Assembly: GCA_041159045.1 (NCBI GenBank)
Contig: JBEBAF010000013.1
Coordinates: 1-38,439, forward strand
Direction: 5' to 3'
From: Actinomycetota bacterium
Lineage (GTDB): Bacteria > Actinomycetota > Acidimicrobiia > Acidimicrobiales > Ilumatobacteraceae
Length of the DNA: 38,439 nt
The position numbers were made by a program, and so were the translations under genes. The notes beneath the pieces are model-generated. The model saw nothing but the letters and a program-made list of their open reading frames with translations. It was not told where the DNA came from and made no database searches. How positions within the stretch are numbered: position 1 is the first letter of the stretch; every line of letters begins with the position of its first letter. Below, one piece after another: positions 9,172 through 16,903 of this stretch.

Positions 9172-9690
9172 TCAATCGATTCGACGAAGCTCGGCGCGGT
9201 ACCGCTGCGTCTTGTGAACGTACGACTTGACGCCCATTGCCACGACGTCCATGTTTGCGCGGCCTTCTTTGATGACGGCCGGCGCGCCGACGGCGAGCGC
9301 CCCTGTGGGTACTTCGAGGCCGTTCAGCACCACGGCATTCGCGGCAACGATCGAGCCGGTTCGTACGACGACCTGGTGAAGAACGATGGCGCCATTCGAC
9401 ACTTGCGCCCTGTCTTCGATGGTGCAACCTTCGAGGTGGGCAATGTGCCCGACGATGCACTCGTCGCCAACGATCGTTGGGTACATCGGCGTCGTGTGGA
9501 GCACCGAGCCGTCTTGAATTGACGTATGCCGGCCGACCTTGATGTAGCCGTCGTCGCCGCGCAGCACGGCCCCGGGCCAGATGCTGGATCCCTCACCGAC
9601 ACTGACGCTGCCGATGATCGTGGCTTCGGGGTGGACGAAAGCCGTGGGGTGAATGTCGGGTACTTGGTCTCCGAGTGCATAGATCGCCAC
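9172..9690 (-). CDS. gamma-class carbonic anhydrase-like / left-handed beta-helix (hexapeptide repeat) protein
   Basis: 172 aa. It reads ...FVHPEATIIGSVSVGEGSSIWPGAVLRGD...IKVGRHTSIQDGSVLH...GHIAHLEGCTI, the classic YrdA/PaaY pattern with conserved His residues. GTG start with TAGGGT 6 nt upstream. Confidence 0.85.
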   Translation of the reverse strand: MAIYALGDQVPDIHPTAFVHPEATIIGSVSVGEGSSIWPGAVLRGDDGYIKVGRHTSIQDGSVLHTTPMYPTIVGDECIVGHIAHLEGCTIEDRAQVSNGAIVLHQVVVRTGSIVAANAVVLNGLEVPTGALAVGAPAVIKEGRANMDVVAMGVKSYVHKTQRYRAELRRID

Positions 9691-9775
9691 GCACGAACCC
9701 TAGTTCCGCAGGGCATTTGAACAGTGATTCGGCTTAGAGGAATCGACCCGTTCGAGGCGTTAGCGTTGTGTCCCT

Positions 9776-11119
9776 ATGTCGCGTCGCATTGAGATCGAAC
9801 TAACCAGTAGCCGTCCAGACGGCACGTGGACCTGGCGAGCAGCCGGAGCCCGTGAACCGAAAGGCGTTCTCGATGGTTCGATGCTCGCTTCCGCGAACAA
9901 AGTTGGCGACGTTTTGAAAGTCGATGCCGATTTCGACGTCGACGGAATTTCGATTGTCGCAATCGTCGCCGGCAAAGAACGTGTCGAGAAGACGAATCGT
10001 CTCGAACTTCTCGCGTCCGACAAGCCGTTCAAACCCGTGATCGAAACAAAGGCACCCCGTTCCGAGCGCCCGCGTCGCGACGACAAGCGTCGGGGGCGTC
10101 CCGATGGTGCAAGCGGTGTCGATGCAGATGGAAAGAAGCGTCGTGGTCCGTTCACTCCGCCACCCGAACTTCCTCAGCGCCCCAAGGCAAAGCGCTTGAA
10201 GCCCGGCCGGGTGCATCGCAACGAAGTGCTTGCAAGTCTTCCCGAAGCACAGCGCGCGATCGCTGAACGTGTGTTGCAGGGCGGAATTCCCGCCGTGCGC
10301 ACGGCAGTTGCCGACCAAAACAAGGTGCTCGCGGCCGAGGGCAAGGAAGTGATTCCGGCCGACGGTCTCGTCACGATGGCCGAAAACCTGTTGCCGAAAT
10401 TGCGCGTCGCGGAATGGCTCGATCGTGCCGATGCCGCGGCCGACGACCTCGACACACTCGATCTGCGCGACCTTCGTTCGGTCGTCACCTCGGGTGATGA
10501 CCCGGCAATTGCTCGCGACGAGTCGACGCGCGAAATTGCTGCACGTCTGAAAGCTGGTCTCGCGGCACGTCAAGAAAAAGACCACGCCGAATGGCTCTCC
10601 GATATCGACGCCGCCATCGGCGTCGGGCGCGTTGTGCGGGCTCTCAAGTTGTCGTCGCAGCCACCGAAAGCCGGTGCGCGGTTCCCCGCCGAATTGTCGG
10701 CACGGCTCGCGGCAGCCGCCTCAAGTGCGCTCGAAGTCGATGCACCAGCCGACCGTTGGGTCGCGATGCTCGAGGCCGCTGCGTTCAGTCCGATTCGCGG
10801 CCAACTCGACGCCGCAGCAATTCCTGCAGTTGTGGCACCCGAGCTGCTCGCGTGCGTCACTCGTCTGGCACCAGCAATTCCGAAGATCGCGGCAAAGTTC
10901 GGTGTCGTCGTTGCTCCGGGTGCTGCCATGCCGCGCCCGTTGCGCCCCACTCGCCCGGTCGAGAAGGGCAAGAACGACAAGCGTGGCGAACGTCGTCCCG
11001 CGCGCGGTGCACGCCCGAATGCGGGTGCCGGCGAGAAACCGCGTTCGGTGCAGGCCGATGCAGCTGAATCGAATACCGAAAAGACCGAGAGCGCCGAAGT
11101 GAAGGTGGAAAATGTCTGA
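9776..11119 (+). CDS. uncharacterised 447-aa protein (small N-terminal beta-like domain, Arg/Lys-rich linkers, Ala-rich helical core)
   Basis: Long ORF with an ATG start and a composition consistent with coding. No catalytic motif recognised. Its 3' end overlaps the crotonase start by 8 nt, suggesting co-translation. Confidence 0.7.
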   Translation: MSRRIEIELTSSRPDGTWTWRAAGAREPKGVLDGSMLASANKVGDVLKVDADFDVDGISIVAIVAGKERVEKTNRLELLASDKPFKPVIETKAPRSERPRRDDKRRGRPDGASGVDADGKKRRGPFTPPPELPQRPKAKRLKPGRVHRNEVLASLPEAQRAIAERVLQGGIPAVRTAVADQNKVLAAEGKEVIPADGLVTMAENLLPKLRVAEWLDRADAAADDLDTLDLRDLRSVVTSGDDPAIARDESTREIAARLKAGLAARQEKDHAEWLSDIDAAIGVGRVVRALKLSSQPPKAGARFPAELSARLAAAASSALEVDAPADRWVAMLEAAAFSPIRGQLDAAAIPAVVAPELLACVTRLAPAIPKIAAKFGVVVAPGAAMPRPLRPTRPVEKGKNDKRGERRPARGARPNAGAGEKPRSVQADAAESNTEKTESAEVKVENV

Positions 11120-11897
11120 GATCGTCGAATTTGAAAAGCGTGGTCGTGTCGGAATCATCACGCTGAACCGTCCCGAGGCCCGCAATGCCGTCAACGGCGA
11201 CGTGGCTGCCGGAGTCGAAGCCGCGATCGACAAGATCGAAGGCGATGATGAAATCTGGGTTGCTGTTCTCACGGCGAACACCGCCGGTCAGGAGAAGCCC
11301 GTTTTCTGTGCGGGTGCCGACCTCAAGGCGATCAACTCGGGCAATGCCGCGGCGTTGAACACCAAGAAGGGCGGCTTCGCCGGCCTCGTCTACCGCGAGC
11401 GTCGCAAGCCCGTGATTGTCGCCGTTGATGGTCTTGCCACCGCCGGCGGTTGCGAAATCGTTCTTTCCTGCGATCTTGTCGTCGCTTCAAATCGATCGTC
11501 GTTCGGGTTGGCCGAAGTGAAGCGCAACCTCATCGCGGGTGCAGGCGGGTTGTTCCGTTTGCCACGCGCCATCGGGCAAGCCGCCGCAATGGAGATCATC
11601 CTCACGGGTGAGCCACTCCCCGCTCAGCGCGCGTACGAACTTGGCCTCGTGAATCACTGCGTGGCCCCCGATCAAGTCATGTCGACCGCGCTTTCGTTGG
11701 CCGAGAAGATCTGCGCTGCCGCTCCTTTGGCTGTATGGGCGAGCCGTCGTGTCGTGCTCGCATCCGCATATGAATCCGACGAGAATTTGATGAAGATGAC
11801 CAATGCCGAATTTGCGGGTGTCATGGCGTCGGAAGACACCAAAGAAGGCCTCACCGCTTTCATCGAGAAGCGCCTGCCGAATTGGAAGGGTCGCTGA
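11112..11897 (+). CDS. enoyl-CoA hydratase/isomerase (crotonase) family protein
   Basis: 261 aa. It contains GIITLNRPEARNAV...FCAGADLKA...AVDGLATAGGCEIVLSCDLVVA...F.LAEVKRNLIAGAGG, the canonical crotonase oxyanion-hole motifs. Confidence 0.9.
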   Translation: MSEIVEFEKRGRVGIITLNRPEARNAVNGDVAAGVEAAIDKIEGDDEIWVAVLTANTAGQEKPVFCAGADLKAINSGNAAALNTKKGGFAGLVYRERRKPVIVAVDGLATAGGCEIVLSCDLVVASNRSSFGLAEVKRNLIAGAGGLFRLPRAIGQAAAMEIILTGEPLPAQRAYELGLVNHCVAPDQVMSTALSLAEKICAAAPLAVWASRRVVLASAYESDENLMKMTNAEFAGVMASEDTKEGLTAFIEKRLPNWKGR

Positions 11898-11905
11898 CCC
11901 GCGAT

Positions 11906-12277
11906 CTAGTGCACCAGCACTTGTGCGGGCATCCGCGCTTCTTCGAAGAGATTCTTGGTTCGTCGATCGCCCGGAAGCGCGAGTCCGCGTAGCTTCAAGT
12001 TGGACTTCAGGCTCTTGGCGTACGCAATGATCTCGCCTCGCTCCTCGTCGGATTCGCCGACTAACGAATGGAGAACCGCAGCACCGTTTGCGGTGGTGAG
12101 GACTCCGGACGCTTCACCACATGCGAGAGCCGTGTCCGACGCATCGGTTGCCGATCTGAGGATGTCGACGATCCACACGTAGGTGTCGATCCCCCGAGCG
12201 TCGATGCGTTCGCCGGCGAAGCGTTCGATCACCTTCGTGATGGTCGTGACATCTGTCGACGTGGAGACTGCGTTCAT
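11906..12277 (-). CDS. hypothetical protein, 123 aa (third gene of the DUF4193 operon)
   Basis: ATG start overlaps the stop of the upstream ORF (ATGA). No motif recognised. Confidence 0.55.
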   Translation of the reverse strand: MNAVSTSTDVTTITKVIERFAGERIDARGIDTYVWIVDILRSATDASDTALACGEASGVLTTANGAAVLHSLVGESDEERGEIIAYAKSLKSNLKLRGLALPGDRRTKNLFEEARMPAQVLVH

Positions 12278-12660
12278 TCGGCGCCTCGTGCGGCGACGGC
12301 TTCGAGAACCAGCCTGCGACGTCGATGGGCCCGTTCATAAGAGCCGATCGCGGCAACCTCGGCGTCATTCGAACGTGAAATGAGGTCAACCACCTCGGCC
12401 GACGTCAGCAAGGCGAAATCTGTCGAGGGAATGGGAAGTCCGGGTCCGGTGGTTGTTGCGCCCGTCGGCGCTTGATCGGAGGATTCCGAATGCTGTGCCG
12501 TGGCTGACGTGTCGTTCGTCGTGGTCGCTCGTGAAGCCGTCGGGCTGAAAACCGACACGACGCGGCCAATGACTCCGTCGACGATGAACTTTCCGATCGC
12601 GTGCGACGCACGCAGCTGACGTTCGATCGACTTGATCACGTCACGGCAGCTTGTTGTCAC
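12274..12660 (-). CDS. hypothetical protein, 128 aa, with Thr/Ser-rich linker and a C-terminal helical ...YERAHRRRR... module
   Basis: GTG start overlaps the DUF4193 stop (GTGA). From memory, the C-terminal segment IPSTDFALLTSAEVVDLISRSNDAEVAAIGSYERAHRRRRLVLEAV resembles the C-terminal module seen on several actinobacterial proteins, for example lipid-droplet-associated proteins. This is unverified. Confidence 0.55.
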   Translation of the reverse strand: MTTSCRDVIKSIERQLRASHAIGKFIVDGVIGRVVSVFSPTASRATTTNDTSATAQHSESSDQAPTGATTTGPGLPIPSTDFALLTSAEVVDLISRSNDAEVAAIGSYERAHRRRRLVLEAVAARGAE

Positions 12661-13223
12661 TTCGAAAAAATCGGGCAGTCATCGTCGCCGACCGGACAGT
12701 TGGGCGCAGAGCGCCTGACCAGCAGGAAGCACGAGCTGCACATTTCTTCGTCTGCTCGACGCGGCTGAAGTGCGTCACCATCGGTCGCACGTTCGTCGAC
12801 CTCTTGTTCTTCGTCGTCTTCATCGGGGGCATCGTCTGCCGCGACGAGACGATCCTTCAAGATCGTGTCGAGGTCGGCTTCGACGTCGTCGGGAGTCGTG
12901 AGGTCGTCGTCGTCTTCGTCGTCGGCACCGCGACGTGCGACCGGAACAGCCTCTTCCTCGGCTTCGTCCTCGAAGTCGTCGGCCTCGGTGAATCCTTCAT
13001 CGTCGGATTCGGCAAATTCGTCCTCTTCGAGATCATCTTCAAGATCCTCGGGATCGAGCTCGGGATCGATGTCGACTTCTTCTTCTGCGATCTCATCGTC
13101 GACGATTTCTTCACCGGCGTCGATCGGATCCATTTCCTCTTCGACGCTTTTCGACTTCTTGGCCGCAGGAGTTTTGCCAGCCGGCTTGGCCGCTTTGTCA
13201 GGCTTGCCCTTCTTGCTTGCCAT
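12657..13223 (-). CDS. DUF4193-family protein with Lys-rich N-terminus, about 130-aa hyper-acidic region and C-terminal Cys4 motif
   Basis: 188 aa. The C-terminus EEMCSSCFLLVRRSAPNCPVGDDDCPIFSK matches my recollection of the DUF4193 signature (F-x-C-x2-CFL...C...C), as in the Mycobacterium protein next to dut. A GAAAGG Shine-Dalgarno lies about 9 nt upstream of the ATG. Confidence 0.8.
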   Translation of the reverse strand: MASKKGKPDKAAKPAGKTPAAKKSKSVEEEMDPIDAGEEIVDDEIAEEEVDIDPELDPEDLEDDLEEDEFAESDDEGFTEADDFEDEAEEEAVPVARRGADDEDDDDLTTPDDVEADLDTILKDRLVAADDAPDEDDEEQEVDERATDGDALQPRRADEEMCSSCFLLVRRSAPNCPVGDDDCPIFSK

Positions 13224-13405
13224 GACCGGAAACCTTTCTTCTCACCCAGCCCGGTGATCCTCGCGGATGCCGGACTTTGTACGGATGTTGACGTGAACGT
13301 GCGCGGGGATATTAGGCATATCCCGACCTCTCAGGCGCGCACCATAGGTGTTCGACCCTCCCCTGATGCAAATCGGGGGTTCGTAGTGACAAATGTCGTG
13401 CTCGG

Positions 13406-15019
13406 CTAGTCAGGGCGTCCCGAACGTCGAGCCTCGGCCCTGCGTTCGGATTCCAGGCGTTCAAGCTCCGGCGCCTCGGTGGTCATGTGGGTCATCGCGG
13501 CTGCGACGGCTTTGTGGCCTGCCTGATCACGTATCAAACGGTGCATGTCGAGAGCGACTCGTCGGTACGCGGGATGTCCCTGCGGGCTCGATCTCAATTC
13601 GAGCATGTGCATCGCCTCACGGGCGTTGAACTGCATCGAATAACGAATTCGATAGGCCATGCTGACCGCGTAGGGCGCCTGGGCCGGATATTCGGGCAAC
13701 AAAGCGTCGTACAAGGCTGCGCTACGTTCCATGACCTCATCGAAGTCGCCGGCTTTGCCTGCTTCGTCAACGATTTCCGGGCGTACGTAGCCGTGGTTCG
13801 GGGTGAGGGGCTGCCATTCAATCGTGAGCATGCGATGACGCTGAAGGTCGCGGAAGGCCCCGTAGTCCGACAGCACATCGAATCTGTAGTCGGTGCGTTC
13901 GAAGGCGCGTCCGGGGCGGTGACGACGATTCGAGCGCTCGCCGACGTACGCCCGAATGAGCGAAGTCTTCTCGTCGAGGGACATCGTCGCCACGCGACGC
14001 ATGATCTGGCCTTCGGAGAGGTTCGTGTGCGAATAGCAAATTGCCGCGATCAGTTTGTCTTCACCATCGGGATCGAAGTCGATGAGCTTCACCGATTCTT
14101 CCGATTCGCGGTCAGGGATGCTGCCATCGAACAACGAGTGAACGGCAAGGTCGGTCTCGGTTGCGGTATCGATGAGGTATTGCGACCAGCGGCCTCCCCT
14201 GTCGGGTTGGTCGACACGACGAAGGAAGCTGGGGATGACCTTCCGCAGCTCTTGGAGCATCAGGTCGGCGTACAGCCGGGCTTCTGGCAGCGCACTTGAT
14301 CGCATCCGCAAGAGCAGGGCTTCGAACGCTTGGCCGCTGCCGTAAATGCCGACGTTCGACAACGCCGCAGCCGGAAGAACTCCACGGACGGCATCGAGGG
14401 CTTTGGCTCTGGTGGCCTGGCGATAGACGAAGTCGCTGTCTTTCGGACCTTGCGGCACGACCGCACGTACATGGTTCGTGAGGTCGTCAACCAGGGTGCT
14501 GTACGAATCGAACATGCGGTCCATGTCGCCGACGTATCGCGTTCCAAAGCGACCCGAGAGCACGTCGGGGTCGCGGTAGAAGCGGTACCTGCCGCCGAGG
14601 CGTATGTCGTACGAGATGTACCGGGTGCTCTGTTCGAGATAGCTCATCAGACGGCCCCATTCGAGGACCTTCGTCAAGAGATTCGAGGCTTGTTCGCATG
14701 CGAGGTGAACGCCGCCCAACTGGGCAACAGAGTCGTCACCGTATTCAACGAAGACCTTCTCGTACAGATCTTCGGCCCGTGCGACGCCAACGGTTGCGTC
14801 AAATGTTTGATCGCCTCGAATGTCGAGTTCCCCGACGAACTCATCGAGGAAGAGGCGACGGAGGCTCTTTGCGCTCCGGCTGTATCGGGCGAACAGTGCG
14901 CCTTTCACGACTTCGGGAAGGTTCACGAGTGCGAAGACCGGAGAGTCGAGATTCGTGAAGTACCGACGAAGGATGTCGGCCTCGGCAGGGGTGAATTCCT
15001 CGGGCACGTACACCGTCAC
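13406..15019 (-). CDS. thyX: FAD-dependent thymidylate synthase, long two-domain form
   Basis: 537 aa, about twice canonical ThyX. ThyX signature pieces are present: ...LMSYLEQSTRYISY in the N-terminal half and ...FRDLQRHRMLT in the C-terminal half. GTG start. Confidence 0.8.
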   Translation of the reverse strand: MTVYVPEEFTPAEADILRRYFTNLDSPVFALVNLPEVVKGALFARYSRSAKSLRRLFLDEFVGELDIRGDQTFDATVGVARAEDLYEKVFVEYGDDSVAQLGGVHLACEQASNLLTKVLEWGRLMSYLEQSTRYISYDIRLGGRYRFYRDPDVLSGRFGTRYVGDMDRMFDSYSTLVDDLTNHVRAVVPQGPKDSDFVYRQATRAKALDAVRGVLPAAALSNVGIYGSGQAFEALLLRMRSSALPEARLYADLMLQELRKVIPSFLRRVDQPDRGGRWSQYLIDTATETDLAVHSLFDGSIPDRESEESVKLIDFDPDGEDKLIAAICYSHTNLSEGQIMRRVATMSLDEKTSLIRAYVGERSNRRHRPGRAFERTDYRFDVLSDYGAFRDLQRHRMLTIEWQPLTPNHGYVRPEIVDEAGKAGDFDEVMERSAALYDALLPEYPAQAPYAVSMAYRIRYSMQFNAREAMHMLELRSSPQGHPAYRRVALDMHRLIRDQAGHKAVAAAMTHMTTEAPELERLESERRAEARRSGRPD

Positions 15020-15076
15020 GGTCGCCCATGCTAGGAGTCGGGCAGGTCGCGCCGAGGGATTGTCGAGGACGGCGGG

Positions 15077-16327
15077 CTAGAGAGCGCCTTCGGGAATGCC
15101 GCCGATGCGGGAAAACTCGCTGCGAACCGCGTCGCGGAGTTCAGGGTTGGTCCACAAATCGATGGCGGTCATGGCGAGGGTCTTTGCCCCATCGATGACC
15201 GCTCGGTCCCCTTCGACGTCGCCGGCAAAGTCGGCGAATCGAGCCGTATGGATCGGCGTGCCGGATGGGGCAACCTTGATCATCGGATGTATGGACGGCA
15301 CGAGGTAGCTGACGTTGCCCATGTCGGTCGAGCCGACAACCATGTTGTCGGCAGCCGGAACGCTGAATTCGCGCCCGATGATGCGACCGTTGGTGACGTA
15401 CGCAGTGAGAATCGCTGCGGAGTCACGGACATCGGCGTAGGCATGGTCTTCCCACTCCAAATCAACGGAACATCCCGTGGCTTCGGCGGCCCCTCGGAAG
15501 CAGGCTTCAACTCGCGCCTTGAGCGGTTTCAGCGATTCGAGCGTGTCGGAACGCACGTACCAGTTCATCGACGCGAACTTCGGCACGATGTTCGCCTTGT
15601 CGCCGCCGTGCGTGAAAATTCCGTGGATTCGCTCGGTGGGGCGGATGTGTTGACGTAGTGCGGCTATCGAGTTGTAGGCAAGAACGGCCCCATCGAGCGC
15701 GTTGATCCCCTTGTGGGGGGCGGCTGCCGCATGGGCTTCGCGTCCATGGAACTTCGCGCAACATTCGTGGATCGCGATGGCGCGCATCGACGTCAGGTCG
15801 CAATCCGCGGGGTGAACCATCATCGCCGCATCGAGGCCGCGGAACGCCCCATTACGAGCCATGGCGATCTTTCCTCCGCCACCCTCTTCGGCGGGAGTGC
15901 CGTAAACCTCGAGGATGCCGCCGACCTCGCCGGCGATCGATTGCAAGGCAATCGCTGCTCCGAGTCCGGCAGCGGCAATCACGTTGTGTCCGCAGGCATG
16001 GCCGATTTCAGGCAGAGCGTCGTATTCAAGAATGACACCCACTCGGGGTGCGCCCTCTGATGATTTCGTCGATGCGTGGAATGCGGTGTCGACTCCGAAT
16101 GCGCTGCGTGTGAGTGTCGACTCGGACCCCGAAAAATGCCCCGACAACGCATCGGTCAACAGGTCGTGCGCGTGAAATTCTTCGTAGTTCAACTCGGGAT
16201 GGGCGTGAATATCGCGGCTTACATCGATCAACGTGTCGTTCAGTGCGTCGATCGCGGCACAGACATGACGCTTCAGATCGTCGCGCCCGGAAGCATCGAA
16301 TTCTCGTCCGTCGTGGTCGGCTGCCAT
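15077..16327 (-). CDS. M20-family amidohydrolase / metallopeptidase (M20D, AbgB-like)
   Basis: 416 aa. It contains DIHAHPELNYEEFHA...LEYDALPEIGHACGHN, the characteristic M20D metal-binding region. Confidence 0.85.
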   Translation of the reverse strand: MAADHDGREFDASGRDDLKRHVCAAIDALNDTLIDVSRDIHAHPELNYEEFHAHDLLTDALSGHFSGSESTLTRSAFGVDTAFHASTKSSEGAPRVGVILEYDALPEIGHACGHNVIAAAGLGAAIALQSIAGEVGGILEVYGTPAEEGGGGKIAMARNGAFRGLDAAMMVHPADCDLTSMRAIAIHECCAKFHGREAHAAAAPHKGINALDGAVLAYNSIAALRQHIRPTERIHGIFTHGGDKANIVPKFASMNWYVRSDTLESLKPLKARVEACFRGAAEATGCSVDLEWEDHAYADVRDSAAILTAYVTNGRIIGREFSVPAADNMVVGSTDMGNVSYLVPSIHPMIKVAPSGTPIHTARFADFAGDVEGDRAVIDGAKTLAMTAIDLWTNPELRDAVRSEFSRIGGIPEGAL

Positions 16328-16336
16328 GAGAGGACT

Positions 16337-16903
16337 CTACAAAGCGGGAATGTACGTGTGCGTACCGTCCGGGCGGACTCGGACATTGATCTTTGTGACA
16401 CCGCTGATCGACCGCTCGTTGACGCGAACGCGGACGGGCCGCGCGAACTCGTGAGAGAACGTCACGGCCGAACCCGAACTCACCGCGGGATGCGGCAGAT
16501 GGTCGCCGAGCCGGGTGCGACGAAAGAATGCGAGGCGTTGCCGCGTTGGCATCGAGGACGGAATCATCAGCCAATCGAGTTTGCCGTCATTCGGATGTGC
16601 TCGCGTGAAGATCCTTCGTCCGGAAACGAACGAGAGCGACGACGCGAGGAGGAAATTTCCCAGGTATTTGCGGCCCGCGATCACGCCGAGGTGAGTGTCA
16701 ACGCACGTTTCGGCGCCGCCACGAGTCGTCAACGTAACCTCGAGAACATCAAGCGGCAATTCACGCCACGATTGCGGCGGATTGATGGGTTCGTCGTTGG
16801 TCTCATCGATGCCGACTTCTGCAGCAAGGTCTCCGACGCAGGGAACCCCGGCTGTCCGTTCGCTCACGACCCTTCCCCACTCTTGGCCCTTCTCGATCGT
16901 CAC
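16337..16903 (-). CDS. stand-alone diacylglycerol-kinase accessory (YegS C-terminal-like) domain protein, lacking the catalytic domain
   Basis: Only the last 188 codons of ORF 16337..17419 look like protein. The upstream part is Arg-rich shadow sequence overlapping helY. A GTG at 16903 overlaps the helY stop (GTGA). AHPNDGKLDWLMIPSSMPTRQRLAFFRRTRLGDHLPHPAV resembles the A-P-x-D-G-x-L-D...G-x-H motif of the DAGK/YegS accessory domain. No GGDGT catalytic motif is present. Confidence 0.6.
   Translation of the reverse strand: MTIEKGQEWGRVVSERTAGVPCVGDLAAEVGIDETNDEPINPPQSWRELPLDVLEVTLTTRGGAETCVDTHLGVIAGRKYLGNFLLASSLSFVSGRRIFTRAHPNDGKLDWLMIPSSMPTRQRLAFFRRTRLGDHLPHPAVSSGSAVTFSHEFARPVRVRVNERSISGVTKINVRVRPDGTHTYIPAL

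Noticed and set aside
9800-10585. 261-aa minus-strand ORF opposite the 447-aa hypothetical gene. Similar antisense ORFs occur at 5679..6671, 12651..13409, 13487..15034, 16076..17038, 20599..21345, 25311..26303, 27637..28305 and 28302..29060.
   Set aside because: Each is antisense to a gene with clear family motifs or better coding character. This is expected GC-rich shadow-ORF behaviour.
13306-13324. Perfect inverted repeat GGGATAT-taggc-ATATCCC in the thyX/DUF4193 intergenic region. I considered it as a regulator box (for example NrdR-like) or a terminator.
   Set aside because: It does not match the NrdR-box consensus as I remember it and has no U-tract. It may simply contain the DUF4193 promoter -10 (TAATAT on the minus strand). 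The evidence is insufficient to call a feature.
13364-13386. Weak hairpin (CCCCCGA-tttgca-TCAGGGG on the minus strand) just after the thyX stop, considered as a possible terminator.
   Set aside because: The 7-bp stem has a mismatch and there is no trailing U-run, so it is too weak to annotate.
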